A DNA stretch of 64,000 bases from Chloroflexota bacterium (GTDB lineage: Bacteria > Chloroflexota > UBA11872 > VXOZ01): NCBI GenBank assembly GCA_963662335.2, contig CAXXVD010000001.1, forward strand, positions 64,001 to 128,000, given 5' to 3'. Positions 1 through 10,172 of the stretch are shown one piece after another. Position 1 is the first letter of the stretch, and each line of letters opens with the position of its first letter. Both the position numbers and the translations under genes were made by a program. The notes beneath the pieces were generated by a model. It searched no databases and had not been told where the DNA came from. It saw only the letters and a list, made by a program, of their open reading frames with translations.

Positions 1-82
1 GCCGGCAGGCGGCCAAGGTGACGAACAGACGTAATCTTTCGGCCCGGCGCGCGCGGCCGGCGCACGCGGAACTCAGGCTTCC

Positions 83-490
83 ATGCGCAACTTTCTCGTC
101 TACTGGCTGCCACCCCTGCTCTGGATGACCCTCATCTTCTACGGCTCCGCGCAGCCCACGCTGCCGTCGCTCGCGCATAGCCTGCTCGACTCGCTGGTGA
201 AGTACGGCGCGCATTTCGTCGAATACGCCGTGCTCGCGCTGCTCTGGTACCGGGCGCTCTACGCGCGCTTCCCCCATCCGAGGATCTTGCCGCTGGCGCT
301 CATCGTCACCGTGCTCTACGCCCTGAGCGACGAACTGCATCAGTCCTTCGTGCCCGGCAGAAGCGCCACCTGGCAGGACCTGGCGGTGGACGCGCTGGGA
401 GCCGCGAGCGCGCTGCTGCTCTGGAACGCCGCGCACCAGCGGTGGCGCCGCGGCAAAGCGCCCCCAGAGCGGCGCGAGCCTGAACGCTAG
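83..490 (+). CDS. VanZ-like family membrane protein
   Basis: Hydrophobic 135 aa; K[10 protein letters not shown], [15 protein letters not shown] and DLAVD motifs typical of VanZ-like proteins. Confidence 0.85.
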   Translation: MRNFLVYWLPPLLWMTLIFYGSAQPTLPSLAHSLLDSLVKYGAHFVEYAVLALLWYRALYARFPHPRILPLALIVTVLYALSDELHQSFVPGRSATWQDLAVDALGAASALLLWNAAHQRWRRGKAPPERREPER

Positions 491-503
491 CGGGACCGCC
501 GCG

Positions 504-1919
504 CTACTTGCCGATGCAGAACTCGCCGAAGATACGGTCCAGCAGGTCTTCCGTCGCGCTCTCGCCGGTGAGTTCTCCGAGCGTGTGGAGCGCGGCGCGC
601 AAGCCGATGCAGACGAAGTCCGCCGGCAGCCCCTCCATCGCGGCCTGTCGGGCTTCAAGGAGCGCCGTACGCGCTTCCGCCAGCGCCGCGTGGTGGCGCA
701 GCGAGGTCACGACGGCGTCATCCGCTGGCAGCGCTTCTCGCAGGAGCGTTTGTCCAATCACTTCGCGCAGCGCGGACAAACCGTCGTCGGCGAGGGCCGC
801 GGTCAGCGCCGCCGGGCAGCCGGCCAGCACCGCCTGCGCGTCCCGCGGGCCAAGCGCGCGCGGCTTGTCGGCCTTGTTCAGCGCCACGATTGCCCGTTGG
901 TCCCGGTCAGCCTCCAGTGAACGCTTGACTTCTCTGACCAACGCGCGGTCTGCGGGCTGGAGCGCCATACTGCAATCCAGGACCAGGATGATCAAGCGCG
1001 CCGCCGCCAGGGACGCGCGGCTGCGTTCCACGCCGATCCGCTCCACCGGGTCGTCGGTCTCCGCGATGCCGGCGGTATCCGCCAGCATGAGCGGTATGCC
1101 CGCGACGTCAACCGTCTCTTCCAGCACGTCGCGCGTGGTGCCGGGAATATCGGTCACGATCGCCCGGTCGGCGCTGAGAAAGGCGTTGAGCAGGCTCGAC
1201 TTACCCACGTTGGGGCGTCCCACCAGCACGGCGCGCACGCCGTCGCGCACGATTGCGCCGTTCTGCGCGGTCGCGAGCAATTGCTCCAGGCCGGTGAGCG
1301 CGGCATCCAGCGCCGCCTCCACCTCCCGCGCTGGAACCGGCGGCACGTCATCGTCGCTGAAGTCGATGTTCGCTTCCAGCCGCGCCAGGAGGCCGAGCGC
1401 CTGTTGACGAACGTGCTGGACCCGCCGCGACAAGCGGCCCTCGAGTTGGCCGAGCGCAAGCGTGAGCCCGCTGCCGGTGCGCGCCCGCACCACGTCCATC
1501 ACGGCCTCGGCCTGCGCCAGGTCCAGCTTGCCGTTCAGGAAGGCGCGCAGCGTAAACTCACCGGGCTGCGCCAAGCGCGCGCCCTGGCTGAGCAGCAATG
1601 CGAGCGCGCGCCGCAGCGCCAGCGGACTGCCGTGGCACGAGAACTCGACCACGTCCTCACCCGTATACGAGCGCGGCCCGCGCATATAGGTACAGAGCGC
1701 CTGATCCACGCGCGCGCCGCGCTCCGGATCCACCACCTCGCCCACGTACGCGCGGTGACTCTGCCATCTGCGGTGGTTCTGCCGCCTGAAGCAGCGCCTG
1801 GCAATCGCCAGGGCCGCGCCGCCGCTCATGCGCACGATGCCGATTGCGCCCTCGCCCGGCGGCGTCGCTATGGCCGCTATCGTATCCTCGACGCTCACAC
1901 TGCCACTACCCGTTACCAT
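504..1919 (-). CDS. mnmE: tRNA uridine-5-carboxymethylaminomethyl synthesis GTPase
   Basis: [42 protein letters not shown]-loop, GTTRD, DTAG, NKAD, C-terminal FCIGK. Confidence 0.97.
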   Translation of the reverse strand: MVTGSGSVSVEDTIAAIATPPGEGAIGIVRMSGGAALAIARRCFRRQNHRRWQSHRAYVGEVVDPERGARVDQALCTYMRGPRSYTGEDVVEFSCHGSPLALRRALALLLSQGARLAQPGEFTLRAFLNGKLDLAQAEAVMDVVRARTGSGLTLALGQLEGRLSRRVQHVRQQALGLLARLEANIDFSDDDVPPVPAREVEAALDAALTGLEQLLATAQNGAIVRDGVRAVLVGRPNVGKSSLLNAFLSADRAIVTDIPGTTRDVLEETVDVAGIPLMLADTAGIAETDDPVERIGVERSRASLAAARLIILVLDCSMALQPADRALVREVKRSLEADRDQRAIVALNKADKPRALGPRDAQAVLAGCPAALTAALADDGLSALREVIGQTLLREALPADDAVVTSLRHHAALAEARTALLEARQAAMEGLPADFVCIGLRAALHTLGELTGESATEDLLDRIFGEFCIGK

Positions 1920-1964
1920 GAAAGTTACGGCCCGCCTCCCCCATCCCTACCATGTTTTGGACGG

Positions 1965-2564
1965 CTAGTCCTCGCGCGCAGCGGGATTTATGCCCAAGTC
2001 CTCGATAGTGAAGAGAGACCGATACGGGTAGCCGGCCGCGGCAATGGCGTCAGCGCCGCCCTGGAGGCGGTCCACCAGCGTCCAGATACCCGTGACCACG
2101 CCCCCGGCATCCGTCACTGCCGCCGCGGCGCGCAGCACCGAGCCGCCGGTGGTCACCGTATCCTCCACAATCGCCACCCGCATACCCGGCTGCAGCGGGC
2201 CTTCCACCTGCTTGCCGGTACCGTGCTCCTTAGCGCTGCTGCGCACGATCAACGCTTGGACCGGCGACCCCGCGACGAAGCTGGCAATAGCAACGGCCGT
2301 GACCACCGGGTCCGCGGCCACCGACATACCGGCCACGGCGTCCGGCAGCGGCGCGCCCAGCGCATTCAGCAGCATCCGTCCGGTCAAGTGCGCGCCTTCC
2401 GCCGAGAGCGTTACCAGGCGGCAATCGATGTAGTAGTGCGCCCGCCGGCCGGAACTGAGGATGAAGTCCCCTTCTGCGACCGCTTCCGTTCGCAATAAAA
2501 CGCGCAGCCGCTCTCGCTCAGCATCCACGGCGGTTCCTTTTCTCAACGTCATGCCTGCCGACAC
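1965..2564 (-). CDS. pyrE: orotate phosphoribosyltransferase
   Basis: GDFILSSG..YYID, RxxxKEHG, VEDTVTTGGS PRPP motif; start may be ATG at 2552. Confidence 0.93.
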   Translation of the reverse strand: MSAGMTLRKGTAVDAERERLRVLLRTEAVAEGDFILSSGRRAHYYIDCRLVTLSAEGAHLTGRMLLNALGAPLPDAVAGMSVAADPVVTAVAIASFVAGSPVQALIVRSSAKEHGTGKQVEGPLQPGMRVAIVEDTVTTGGSVLRAAAAVTDAGGVVTGIWTLVDRLQGGADAIAAAGYPYRSLFTIEDLGINPAARED

Positions 2565-2721
2565 CTACGATAGTAGCGAGCCGCGCCCGCTCTGACTAGC
2601 CTGCGCCTGCCGGTGAGTTCTCCTGCGCCGCTGCGTCCCGCAGCGCGCGCGGTTCCCGGCAGCGCCCCCGCCTTGCGGACGTTCCACAAGCGAGACCGAA
2701 CCGTGCCGTCCTCCCTGCCGG

Positions 2722-2751
2722 TTGACACGCCCCGCCGCGCCCACTGACAAT
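2722..2751 (+). promoter_or_regulatory. candidate sigma70-type promoter for HAD hydrolase-recQ
   Basis: TTGACA (2722-2727), 18-nt spacer, GACAAT (2746-2751), 60 nt upstream of the HAD start. Confidence 0.4.
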
Positions 2752-2811
2752 AGGGCATATTCGCCGTAGAACGCCGCAAGCCGCGCCGCGCGCACGGGGA
2801 CGCCGCACCGC

Positions 2812-3528
2812 ATGGCAGAGAACGCATTTACAGGCATCTTCTTCGACCTGGGCGACACGTTGGCCACGGCGAATCCTTCCGTCACGGAACTCATGGCGCA
2901 GACCTTGGCCGACCACGGGTACCAGACCCCGCACCGCGACCTGGCGCGCGCCGCAAGTCTCCTCGCGCCGCGCCTTAAAGACCCGGGTAATCGCGGTTGG
3001 TCGCTCTCGCATGAGCAATCCTACGCTTTTTGGACGACGTTCTACACCGATCTGCTGCGGGAAATCGGCATCCCGCCCCACGCGCGCGGTGAATTGACCG
3101 CGCACATCTACACGCGGCTGAGCCGACCGGAAGGCTACCGGCTCTTCCCGGACGCGCTGCCGACACTGGAGCGGCTGGCCGGCGCAGGATACACGCTCGG
3201 CCTCGTTTCCAACTGGGAAGCCTGGGGCGCGGAACTGGTGGCGCGCTTGGGATTGAGCCGGTACTTCCCGGAGCCGGTGCTCTCCGGCTGCGTCGGGGTG
3301 GAAAAACCGGATACGCGCATCTTCAAGCTGGCGCTGGCGCAAGCCGGCCTTGCCCCCGGCCGCGTGCTCTACGTGGGCGACGACGTGCGCAACGACGTCG
3401 AACCGGCCCGCGCCCTGGGCATGCGCGCGATTTTGCTTAGGCGGCAGGAAGATGGGAAAAGCGCGGACGCGCCGCACTGCATTCGCTCCCTCCGCGAGTT
3501 ATGCGGCCATGAACTCGTACGTCGATAA
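2812..3528 (+). CDS. HAD-superfamily hydrolase (subfamily IA)
   Basis: FFDLGDTL motif I, LVSNW motif II, EKPD and YVGDD..ND motifs III/IV. Confidence 0.9.
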   Translation: MAENAFTGIFFDLGDTLATANPSVTELMAQTLADHGYQTPHRDLARAASLLAPRLKDPGNRGWSLSHEQSYAFWTTFYTDLLREIGIPPHARGELTAHIYTRLSRPEGYRLFPDALPTLERLAGAGYTLGLVSNWEAWGAELVARLGLSRYFPEPVLSGCVGVEKPDTRIFKLALAQAGLAPGRVLYVGDDVRNDVEPARALGMRAILLRRQEDGKSADAPHCIRSLRELCGHELVRR

Positions 3529-3574
3529 CGTGGGCGCCGGGCGCAAACCGCATAGACTGGAAACAGGCGCGGCG

Positions 3575-5968
3575 ATGCCGACAGCGCACGAGCAGCGACA
3601 GAACACGCGGGACCTTACTGCCGTCCTGCGGTCGCGGTTTGGGCACGATGTCTTCCTGCCGTTGCAGGAGGACATCATCGCGAACGTCCTGGCCGGACGA
3701 GACTCGCTGGCGCTGATGCCCACCGGCAGCGGCAAGTCGCTCTGCTACCAACTGCCGGCGCTCTGTCTCGCCGGCGTGACCGTGGTGGTTTCGCCGCTCA
3801 TCGCGCTGATGAAAGACCAGGTGGACTCGCTGCAAGCGCGGGGCATTGCCGCGGCCTGCATCCACAGCGGCGTAAGCCAAGCGGCCCAAAGGCGCGCGCA
3901 GATGGCTGCGTACAACGGTCAGCTTGACCTCCTCTACGTTGCGCCGGAGCGCGCGGTGACCCGGCAGTTTCTCGATTTCCTCCACGCCCTGGAACTCAGC
4001 CTGATCGCCATCGACGAGGCGCATTGCATCTCCGAGTGGGGCCACGACTTCCGGCCCGACTACCGGGCCTTGCAGACGCTGCGCGACAACTTTCCGGATG
4101 TGCCGGTGATCGCGCTTACCGCCACCGCCACGGAACGGGTGCGGGAGGACATTCTCTCCCAACTGCGTATGGCCGGCGCCGCCCAGTTCGTCGCCAGCTT
4201 CAATCGCCCGAACCTCACCTATCGCGTCCGACCCAAGCGGCGGAGCCTGGAGGCCCTGATTGCGCTGCTAGGCGAACTGGAGGGCGGCTCCGCGATCATC
4301 TATCGCTTCTCGCGCCAGAATACCGAGGGCCTAGCCGCCGAACTGCAAGACCGCGGCTTCGACGCGCTGCCCTATCACGCCGGCCTGGAAGACGAAAAGC
4401 GCCGCCAGACCCAGGAGCGGTTCTTGCGGGACGAGACGCCCATCATCGTGGCAACCATCGCATTTGGCATGGGCGTGGATAAGCCGAACGTACGACTGGT
4501 CGCGCACTACGACCTGCCCAAGACGATCGAGGGCTACTACCAGGAGACCGGCCGCGCCGGACGCGACGGCAGGCCCAGCGAGTGCGTGCTCTTCTTCTCC
4601 TACGGCGACAGGATGAACCAGGAGTATTTCATCAAGCAGATAGAGGATGATGCGGAGCGCGCCAACGCCGAGGCAAAGCTCGCCAAGATGGTCGCCTATG
4701 GCGATGCGAGGTCGTGCCGCCGGGCGTTTCTGCTGGAATACTTTGGCGAAAATTGGCGGGAAGAGAACTGCGGCGCGTGCGACGTGTGCCTGGCCGCGGC
4801 AGCGGAGGACGAGCCGGACGCCGCCCATACCTACGACGGCACCGAAATCGCCCAGAAGGCGCTGTCGGCGGTGATACGCACCGGCGAACGCTTCGGCGTG
4901 AACCACGTGGTGGACGTGCTGCGCGGCAGCCAGTCCCGGCGGGTACGGCAGTTCCGCCACGACACGCTGCCGGTCCACGGCATCGCCCGCGACACGACGA
5001 AAGAGGAATTGCAGGACGTATTCGATCAGCTATTGGAGAAAGGCCTGATTGCCCGCCGCAGCGATGGCGACTATCCAACGCTCTACGTTACTCCAGAGGG
5101 CCGCGCGCTACTACGAAACCGCGAGAGCGTGACGCTCGTGAGACAATCGCCGCCGCACAGTGAACCGCCAGGCGAACCCAACAGTCTGCTATTCGAAGAA
5201 CTGCGCGCGCTGCGCCATGTGATTGCCACAGAACTGGATGTTCCGGCGTACGTAGTGTTTCCCGATGTTTCTCTGCATGAGATGGCCCGCCACGTTCCCA
5301 CCAATCGCGAAGCATTTCTCAACATCAAGGGTGTGGGCGCGACAAAGCTGGAGCAGTTCGGCGACCGTTTCGTCGCCGTAATTCGCGCGCACGTGGAAGA
5401 GATTGGCGCAAGCTCTAGCGGCCCTTCCGTTGCTAGCGAAGACGTTTCAACTACAACACACCTGGAGCGAGCAAGTGAGTCTTCCCCACGCGCCTACAGC
5501 AGATGGGAACCTGAGGAGGATGAGAGACTCGTTCAACTATTCCAGGCAGGACGAACCGCGGCGGAAATCGCGCCAGAATTGGGGCGGCGACCCTCCGCTG
5601 TTGCGTCGCGGCTGCGCCAGTCCGGCCAAGCAGTTGGCACTCGCCTCGCGCTCAGCGACACCGACCAAAGCACCCTGGAACTGGCACGCCAAGGCTTGGG
5701 TCTTGAGGAGATCGCCGCGCAGCGCGGCCTCTCAGTCGGAACGGTGGTAACGCACCTGGAACGAATCATCGAGACCGACGAGGAGATCGACTTGGCGCAC
5801 TTGCTTCCGCCTGCGGAGCGTTACGCGCGCATCGAGGATGCTTTCCGCGTCGAGGGTGACGACTATCTGCTCAAGCCGGTCAAGGAACGCCTTGGTGACG
5901 ACTACACCTACGCGGAAGTGCGGCTCGTGCGGTTGCGGCTGCGCCAACTTGCCGCCCATTCCGCTTAA
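3575..5968 (+). CDS. recQ: ATP-dependent DNA helicase RecQ with HRDC and extra C-terminal HTH domains
   Basis: MPTGSGKSLCYQ, DEAHCISEWGHDFRPDY, TATAT, ATIAFGMG, QETGRAGRDG, Zn site CRR..CGACDVC, HRDC (PAYVVF..GVG..KLEQFG); start is 3575 or 3509. Confidence 0.95.
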   Translation: MPTAHEQRQNTRDLTAVLRSRFGHDVFLPLQEDIIANVLAGRDSLALMPTGSGKSLCYQLPALCLAGVTVVVSPLIALMKDQVDSLQARGIAAACIHSGVSQAAQRRAQMAAYNGQLDLLYVAPERAVTRQFLDFLHALELSLIAIDEAHCISEWGHDFRPDYRALQTLRDNFPDVPVIALTATATERVREDILSQLRMAGAAQFVASFNRPNLTYRVRPKRRSLEALIALLGELEGGSAIIYRFSRQNTEGLAAELQDRGFDALPYHAGLEDEKRRQTQERFLRDETPIIVATIAFGMGVDKPNVRLVAHYDLPKTIEGYYQETGRAGRDGRPSECVLFFSYGDRMNQEYFIKQIEDDAERANAEAKLAKMVAYGDARSCRRAFLLEYFGENWREENCGACDVCLAAAAEDEPDAAHTYDGTEIAQKALSAVIRTGERFGVNHVVDVLRGSQSRRVRQFRHDTLPVHGIARDTTKEELQDVFDQLLEKGLIARRSDGDYPTLYVTPEGRALLRNRESVTLVRQSPPHSEPPGEPNSLLFEELRALRHVIATELDVPAYVVFPDVSLHEMARHVPTNREAFLNIKGVGATKLEQFGDRFVAVIRAHVEEIGASSSGPSVASEDVSTTTHLERASESSPRAYSRWEPEEDERLVQLFQAGRTAAEIAPELGRRPSAVASRLRQSGQAVGTRLALSDTDQSTLELARQGLGLEEIAAQRGLSVGTVVTHLERIIETDEEIDLAHLLPPAERYARIEDAFRVEGDDYLLKPVKERLGDDYTYAEVRLVRLRLRQLAAHSA

Positions 5969-6008
5969 GGCGCAACTGAACTCTACCTTGTTGCTAGCGA
6001 GAGAGAAC

Positions 6009-6584
6009 GTGAGCAAGGAATCCCAAGATACTTCCCATCCCCCGCTCGGCTGGAAACTCATCGATTCCAAAGTCGCCTACAGCGGCCGCTTTCCGGTGCG
6101 TGAGGACGTGTTGGAAGCGGAACTCGACGGCCGGCGCATGACCTACACCTATCTGGACATTCGCCGCGACGCGGTCGCCGTGCTGGCGCTTACGGCGGCC
6201 GGAGAGGCCGTGCTCGTGCGGCAGTACCGGCATCCGTTGCGCCGCGCGACCCTCGAAGTGCCGGCCGGCGCGCTCGATCCCGGTGAAGACCCGGCCGCTG
6301 GGGCGCTGCGCGAACTGGAGGAAGAAACCGGCTACCGCGCCGGCGCGATGCGACCGTTAGGCGTGTACCATCCCAGCACGCCGTTGCTGCCGCTCATGAT
6401 GCGTCTTTACTTTGCCACCGATCTTCACTATCATGCACCCAAGCGCGACGAATTCGAGATTATGCGGGTCGAACTCGTGCCGGCCGCAGACCTGCTCAAA
6501 CAGGTGCTGGACGGACGTCGGCCCGAAGCGGCGCTGACGGTAAGCGTGCTGCTTGCCGCCCAGCGCGGCTGGCTGCCAACGTGA
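6009..6584 (+). CDS. NUDIX hydrolase (ADP-ribose pyrophosphatase-like)
   Basis: LVRQYRHP, Nudix box GALDPGEDPAAGALRELEEETGY; GTG start at 6009 chosen. Confidence 0.9.
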   Translation: MSKESQDTSHPPLGWKLIDSKVAYSGRFPVREDVLEAELDGRRMTYTYLDIRRDAVAVLALTAAGEAVLVRQYRHPLRRATLEVPAGALDPGEDPAAGALRELEEETGYRAGAMRPLGVYHPSTPLLPLMMRLYFATDLHYHAPKRDEFEIMRVELVPAADLLKQVLDGRRPEAALTVSVLLAAQRGWLPT

Positions 6585-6647
6585 CGGCGCGCCTGAAGAT
6601 CGCAAGCATACGACCGGGGCAGTATCCAGCGCAATGAGAAGCCGCCA

Positions 6648-7544
6648 ATGAGCCAGAAGCCCGTGCTCCTGATCGGCGCCGACAACCTGGCCGAGCGCGT
6701 AGAGGCCTACAAGCGCCTCTTCCCGCCGGAGGGCATCGCGATCCTGCGGCCCGATGGTGCCAATGCCGGGCGCAACACCTTCCTCGGCGTGCCGGTGGCG
6801 CACGAGTGGCCGCGCCAGGACGGCGGCCTTGCCGACATTGCCGGCGACGTTTCGGCACGGGCGGTAGCCGCTCGGCAGGCCGTAGAGCGAGGCATGAATG
6901 CGATCATCCACCCGCCTTTTGGGGATTCCCGCGCCAATGCGGAAGCCATCCTGGCCGCGGCTGGCGGCGCCGTCCGCGTGGCGCTGCCCATTCACTACAC
7001 CCACAAGTACGAGGCTGCCGCGAGTTCCGCGCGCGCCGGTATTGGCGAAATCATCACCGTACGCGCTATTCGCATCTTTCCGCCGGCTCAGGCGTGGCAA
7101 CAGAGCCTCTTCCATCTCATGGAAGCCCTGGCGCTGCTGGGCGGCCCGCTGCGGCGCGTGTACGCCAAAGCCGCCGCCCTTAAGTCTGCCGGCACGGATA
7201 CGGTGTTCTGCAACGGCCGCTACGCCAACCGCGCCATCCTCTACGGTGAAGCCAGCGCCGCCTATCCAGCGACGTACAGCAAGGAAGTGATCGAGGTCAC
7301 CGGGCGCGCCGGCATGGTAGAGTACGACTCCAATGCCCGCAGCGTATGGTCGGCGTCGGAGAGCGGGGTAACGCTCGCGGAATCCTATCACCGCACGCCG
7401 TACGAGAAGATGATTGACGCTTACACGCAAGCGTGGGCGGCGGAGGTAGACGCGCACCCGGAACTACCCGACCCCCGTCCCGCGCTTCGCGCGTATTGGG
7501 CCGCCATGGCGAGCATCGAGCGGAATGAGGTGGAAACGGTATGA
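6648..7544 (+). CDS. degenerate Gfo/Idh/MocA-like oxidoreductase
   Basis: GIGEI..VRA, RRVYA and IEVTG..GMVEYDS segments resemble the family C-domain; EKP motif absent (IHPPF); ATGA overlap with next gene. Confidence 0.6.
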   Translation: MSQKPVLLIGADNLAERVEAYKRLFPPEGIAILRPDGANAGRNTFLGVPVAHEWPRQDGGLADIAGDVSARAVAARQAVERGMNAIIHPPFGDSRANAEAILAAAGGAVRVALPIHYTHKYEAAASSARAGIGEIITVRAIRIFPPAQAWQQSLFHLMEALALLGGPLRRVYAKAAALKSAGTDTVFCNGRYANRAILYGEASAAYPATYSKEVIEVTGRAGMVEYDSNARSVWSASESGVTLAESYHRTPYEKMIDAYTQAWAAEVDAHPELPDPRPALRAYWAAMASIERNEVETV

Positions 7545-8572
7545 GTGGGTCACGCGCGCTGAACATTGGCGCTATATCGTTCGACCACGGCCACCAGAAC
7601 GGCTACGTCTCGGCGATTCTCGACCTGCCCGCGGCCCAACTGGTCGCCGCGGCCGACGCGGTTCCCGGGCAACTCAACCGCATGAACGAAATGCTCGCCG
7701 CGCGTCCCGATGCCCCAGCGGTCAAGGTGTTTGCCGACTACCGTGAACTGCTGGAACTCGACGAGGTGGAGGCGGTCTCGATCTGCTCCGCCAATGCCGA
7801 CCATGCCCAAATGACAATCGACGCCGCTCAGGCCGGCAAGCACGTTCTCTGCGAAAAACCCCTCTGCATTACGCTGGCGGAGGCCGACGCCATGATCGCC
7901 GCCTGCCGTGACGCGGGCGTGTTTCTCGGCACGGCGTATCCGTGCCGCTTCGGCCCCGTCGCCTGGCAGGCAAAGCAGCGGGTGGACGCCGGCGAAATCG
8001 GCGACATCCTAGCGATGCACGGCACCAACCATCTCCGGCCGTTTACGGAAGGCTGGTTCATCGATCCGCAGCGTTCCGGCGGCGGCACGATTCGTGACCA
8101 CATCGTCCACGTCACCGACCTCATGCGCTGGTTCACGGGCAAGGAAGTGGCGGAGGTCTACGCCGAGGGCGATACGCTGAAGCGGCCGCACATCGCCGTG
8201 GACGACGTGGCGATCCTGGTCGAGACGTTTGAAGGCGGCATCCTGGCCTCCACCGATCCCTCTTGGAACCGCCCGGAAAACTGGTCCAAGTGGGGCAACG
8301 TCTATCTGCGCCTGCTCGGCACGCGCGGCATGATCGAGTTCGAAGTGACGGGACAGGCCATCGTGCGCACGGAAGCGCAGAGCGGCGCCGTGTCCTCGAT
8401 TGATACATCGGAGTCAATGAATTACTATTTGCTCAAGGACTTTTGCGAGGCCATCCTCGCGGGGCGCTCGCCATTGGTTACCGGGGAAGACGGCCGCGCC
8501 GGCGTGGAGGCAATCCTGGCGGCCTACCAATCAATCGAGGAAGGACGACCAATCCGCCTGCGCGACGGCTAG
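7541..8572 (+). CDS. Gfo/Idh/MocA family oxidoreductase
   Basis: AGKHVLCEKP, RSGGGTIRDHIVH..D, GEDGR. Confidence 0.92.
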   Translation: MSGSRALNIGAISFDHGHQNGYVSAILDLPAAQLVAAADAVPGQLNRMNEMLAARPDAPAVKVFADYRELLELDEVEAVSICSANADHAQMTIDAAQAGKHVLCEKPLCITLAEADAMIAACRDAGVFLGTAYPCRFGPVAWQAKQRVDAGEIGDILAMHGTNHLRPFTEGWFIDPQRSGGGTIRDHIVHVTDLMRWFTGKEVAEVYAEGDTLKRPHIAVDDVAILVETFEGGILASTDPSWNRPENWSKWGNVYLRLLGTRGMIEFEVTGQAIVRTEAQSGAVSSIDTSESMNYYLLKDFCEAILAGRSPLVTGEDGRAGVEAILAAYQSIEEGRPIRLRDG

Positions 8573-8618
8573 TTTCGCAGCCGGACGACCCCCGCTAACG
8601 TATTGGCTCTTAGATTGT

Positions 8619-8655
8619 CCCCTCTCCCTGAGGGAGAGGGCCAGGGTGAGGGTGA
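8619..8655. repeat. CCCTCTCCCTGAGGGAGAGGG..GGGTGAGGG palindromic repeat
   Basis: Hairpin CCCTCTCCC-TGA-GGGAGAGGG followed by GGGTGAGGG; degenerate relative at about 37927-37995. Confidence 0.7.
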
Positions 8656-8726
8656 AAGCGAACGAAGCACACCAGTCCTATCGTAAAGTTACCTGCCAAT
8701 AGCGCTCCGGCAAGTGGAGGAAAGCG

Positions 8727-9107
8727 ATGCGAAGACGGTTCTTTTTGATTGCAGCGGGCGGCGCGGTGCTCAGCGCGTGCCAACTTGGCGTGGGAGAGGC
8801 GCCCCCGGAAGAGGCGCAATTCATACCCTTGCGGATCCTGACGTATTCCGAAATCGTCCACCGCGGCAAGGTGGCGATTCTCCATGCGGCTTCCAAAGAA
8901 GGCGCGGAGATAACGCCCGTGCTCATGCGCGGCGAGGAGACAATCGCCATCGAAGAGCTTACCGCGCAAACGGCCGGCGAAGACGGCGCCGTGCGTTGGA
9001 ACTGGATCGTGCCTGAGAACCTCGAGCCCGGTAAGTACACGATTGAAGTGACGGCGGTGGCCGAGGAAGGCCAAATCTCCTGGTCTGAGGAATTCGAGAT
9101 CAGGTAG
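8727..9107 (+). CDS. small putative Tat lipoprotein of unknown function
   Basis: RBS GGAGG; MRRRFFL...LSAC lipobox; beta-rich acidic body ending PGKYTIEVTA. Confidence 0.7.
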   Translation: MRRRFFLIAAGGAVLSACQLGVGEAPPEEAQFIPLRILTYSEIVHRGKVAILHAASKEGAEITPVLMRGEETIAIEELTAQTAGEDGAVRWNWIVPENLEPGKYTIEVTAVAEEGQISWSEEFEIR

Positions 9108-9128
9108 CCGCAATCCAGGGAGACCTTC

Positions 9129-10160
9129 ATGGCCGGCGACCGCCTGCGCACCGCCGTTGTCGGCGTGGGCCTGATTGGCGAGCAGCACGCTGACGTCTAC
9201 GCGGCGTACGACCGCGCCGACCTTGTATGCGTCTACGATGCCAATCCCGACCGCGCCCAGGCGGTGGCGGAGCGCCTGGGTTGCGAGGCCGCTCCCGACC
9301 TGGAGACGATTGCCGCGTCCGACGCGGCCCTGGTGAGCGTGGCGACGCCCGACTTCGCCCACCGCGACGCGGTCGTGACGATGCTCGAGGCCGGCAAGCA
9401 CGTGCTGGTCGAAAAACCCCTGGCCACCAGCGTTGCCGACGCCGTCGCCATGGTGCGGGCCGCCGCGCGCAACGAGCGTCTCTTCAGCGTGAGCCTGGGC
9501 AATCGCTGGGTCAACGACATCCAGGAATTGCGCGATTGCGTGCAAAGCGGTGAAATCGGCGAGCCGGTCTTTGGCTTCTCGCGCCTCTCCGATACGGTGT
9601 GGGTGCCCACCCAGATGCTCTCGTGGGGCAGCCAGTCCGGCCCGCACTGGTTCCTCTTTCCCCATACTATGGACTACATGCGCTGGATCATCGGCCAGGA
9701 AGCAAAGAGCGTCTACGCGCGGGGCGAGAAACGCCTCCTACCCCAGAAGGGCGTGGACGCCTACGACTTCGTCCAGGCGATGGTGGAGTTCGAGAATTGC
9801 ACGATTACGTTCGAGACCTCGTGGATTGTGCCGGAAGGCTATCCCGCCATTGTCGAACAGTACCTTTCGCTCTATGGCACCAAAGGCAAGGTGGCGTTGG
9901 ACCGCTCCAGTCGCGGCTTTACGCTGGATACCGAGTCGCGCCAATTGACCATACGGCCCAAGATGTGGTCGTACTTCAAGACCGATGATTCTTGGGGCAA
10001 TTCCATGCGCAATATGGTGGATTGCGCGCTGGACGGCGGGGAACCGGCGATTTCGGCGCGGGACGGCCTGGCGGTGGTCGCCATGATCGCAGCCGCCGAA
10101 CGCTCGATCGAGACGGGCCAGCCGGTTGAACCGGCCGCCTTGATTGCCGAACACGAGTAA
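9129..10160 (+). CDS. Gfo/Idh/MocA family oxidoreductase
   Basis: VVGVGLIG Rossmann motif, ATPDFAH, AGKHVLVEKP. Confidence 0.92.
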   Translation: MAGDRLRTAVVGVGLIGEQHADVYAAYDRADLVCVYDANPDRAQAVAERLGCEAAPDLETIAASDAALVSVATPDFAHRDAVVTMLEAGKHVLVEKPLATSVADAVAMVRAAARNERLFSVSLGNRWVNDIQELRDCVQSGEIGEPVFGFSRLSDTVWVPTQMLSWGSQSGPHWFLFPHTMDYMRWIIGQEAKSVYARGEKRLLPQKGVDAYDFVQAMVEFENCTITFETSWIVPEGYPAIVEQYLSLYGTKGKVALDRSSRGFTLDTESRQLTIRPKMWSYFKTDDSWGNSMRNMVDCALDGGEPAISARDGLAVVAMIAAAERSIETGQPVEPAALIAEHE

Positions 10161-10172
10161 GGGCGAGAGACG

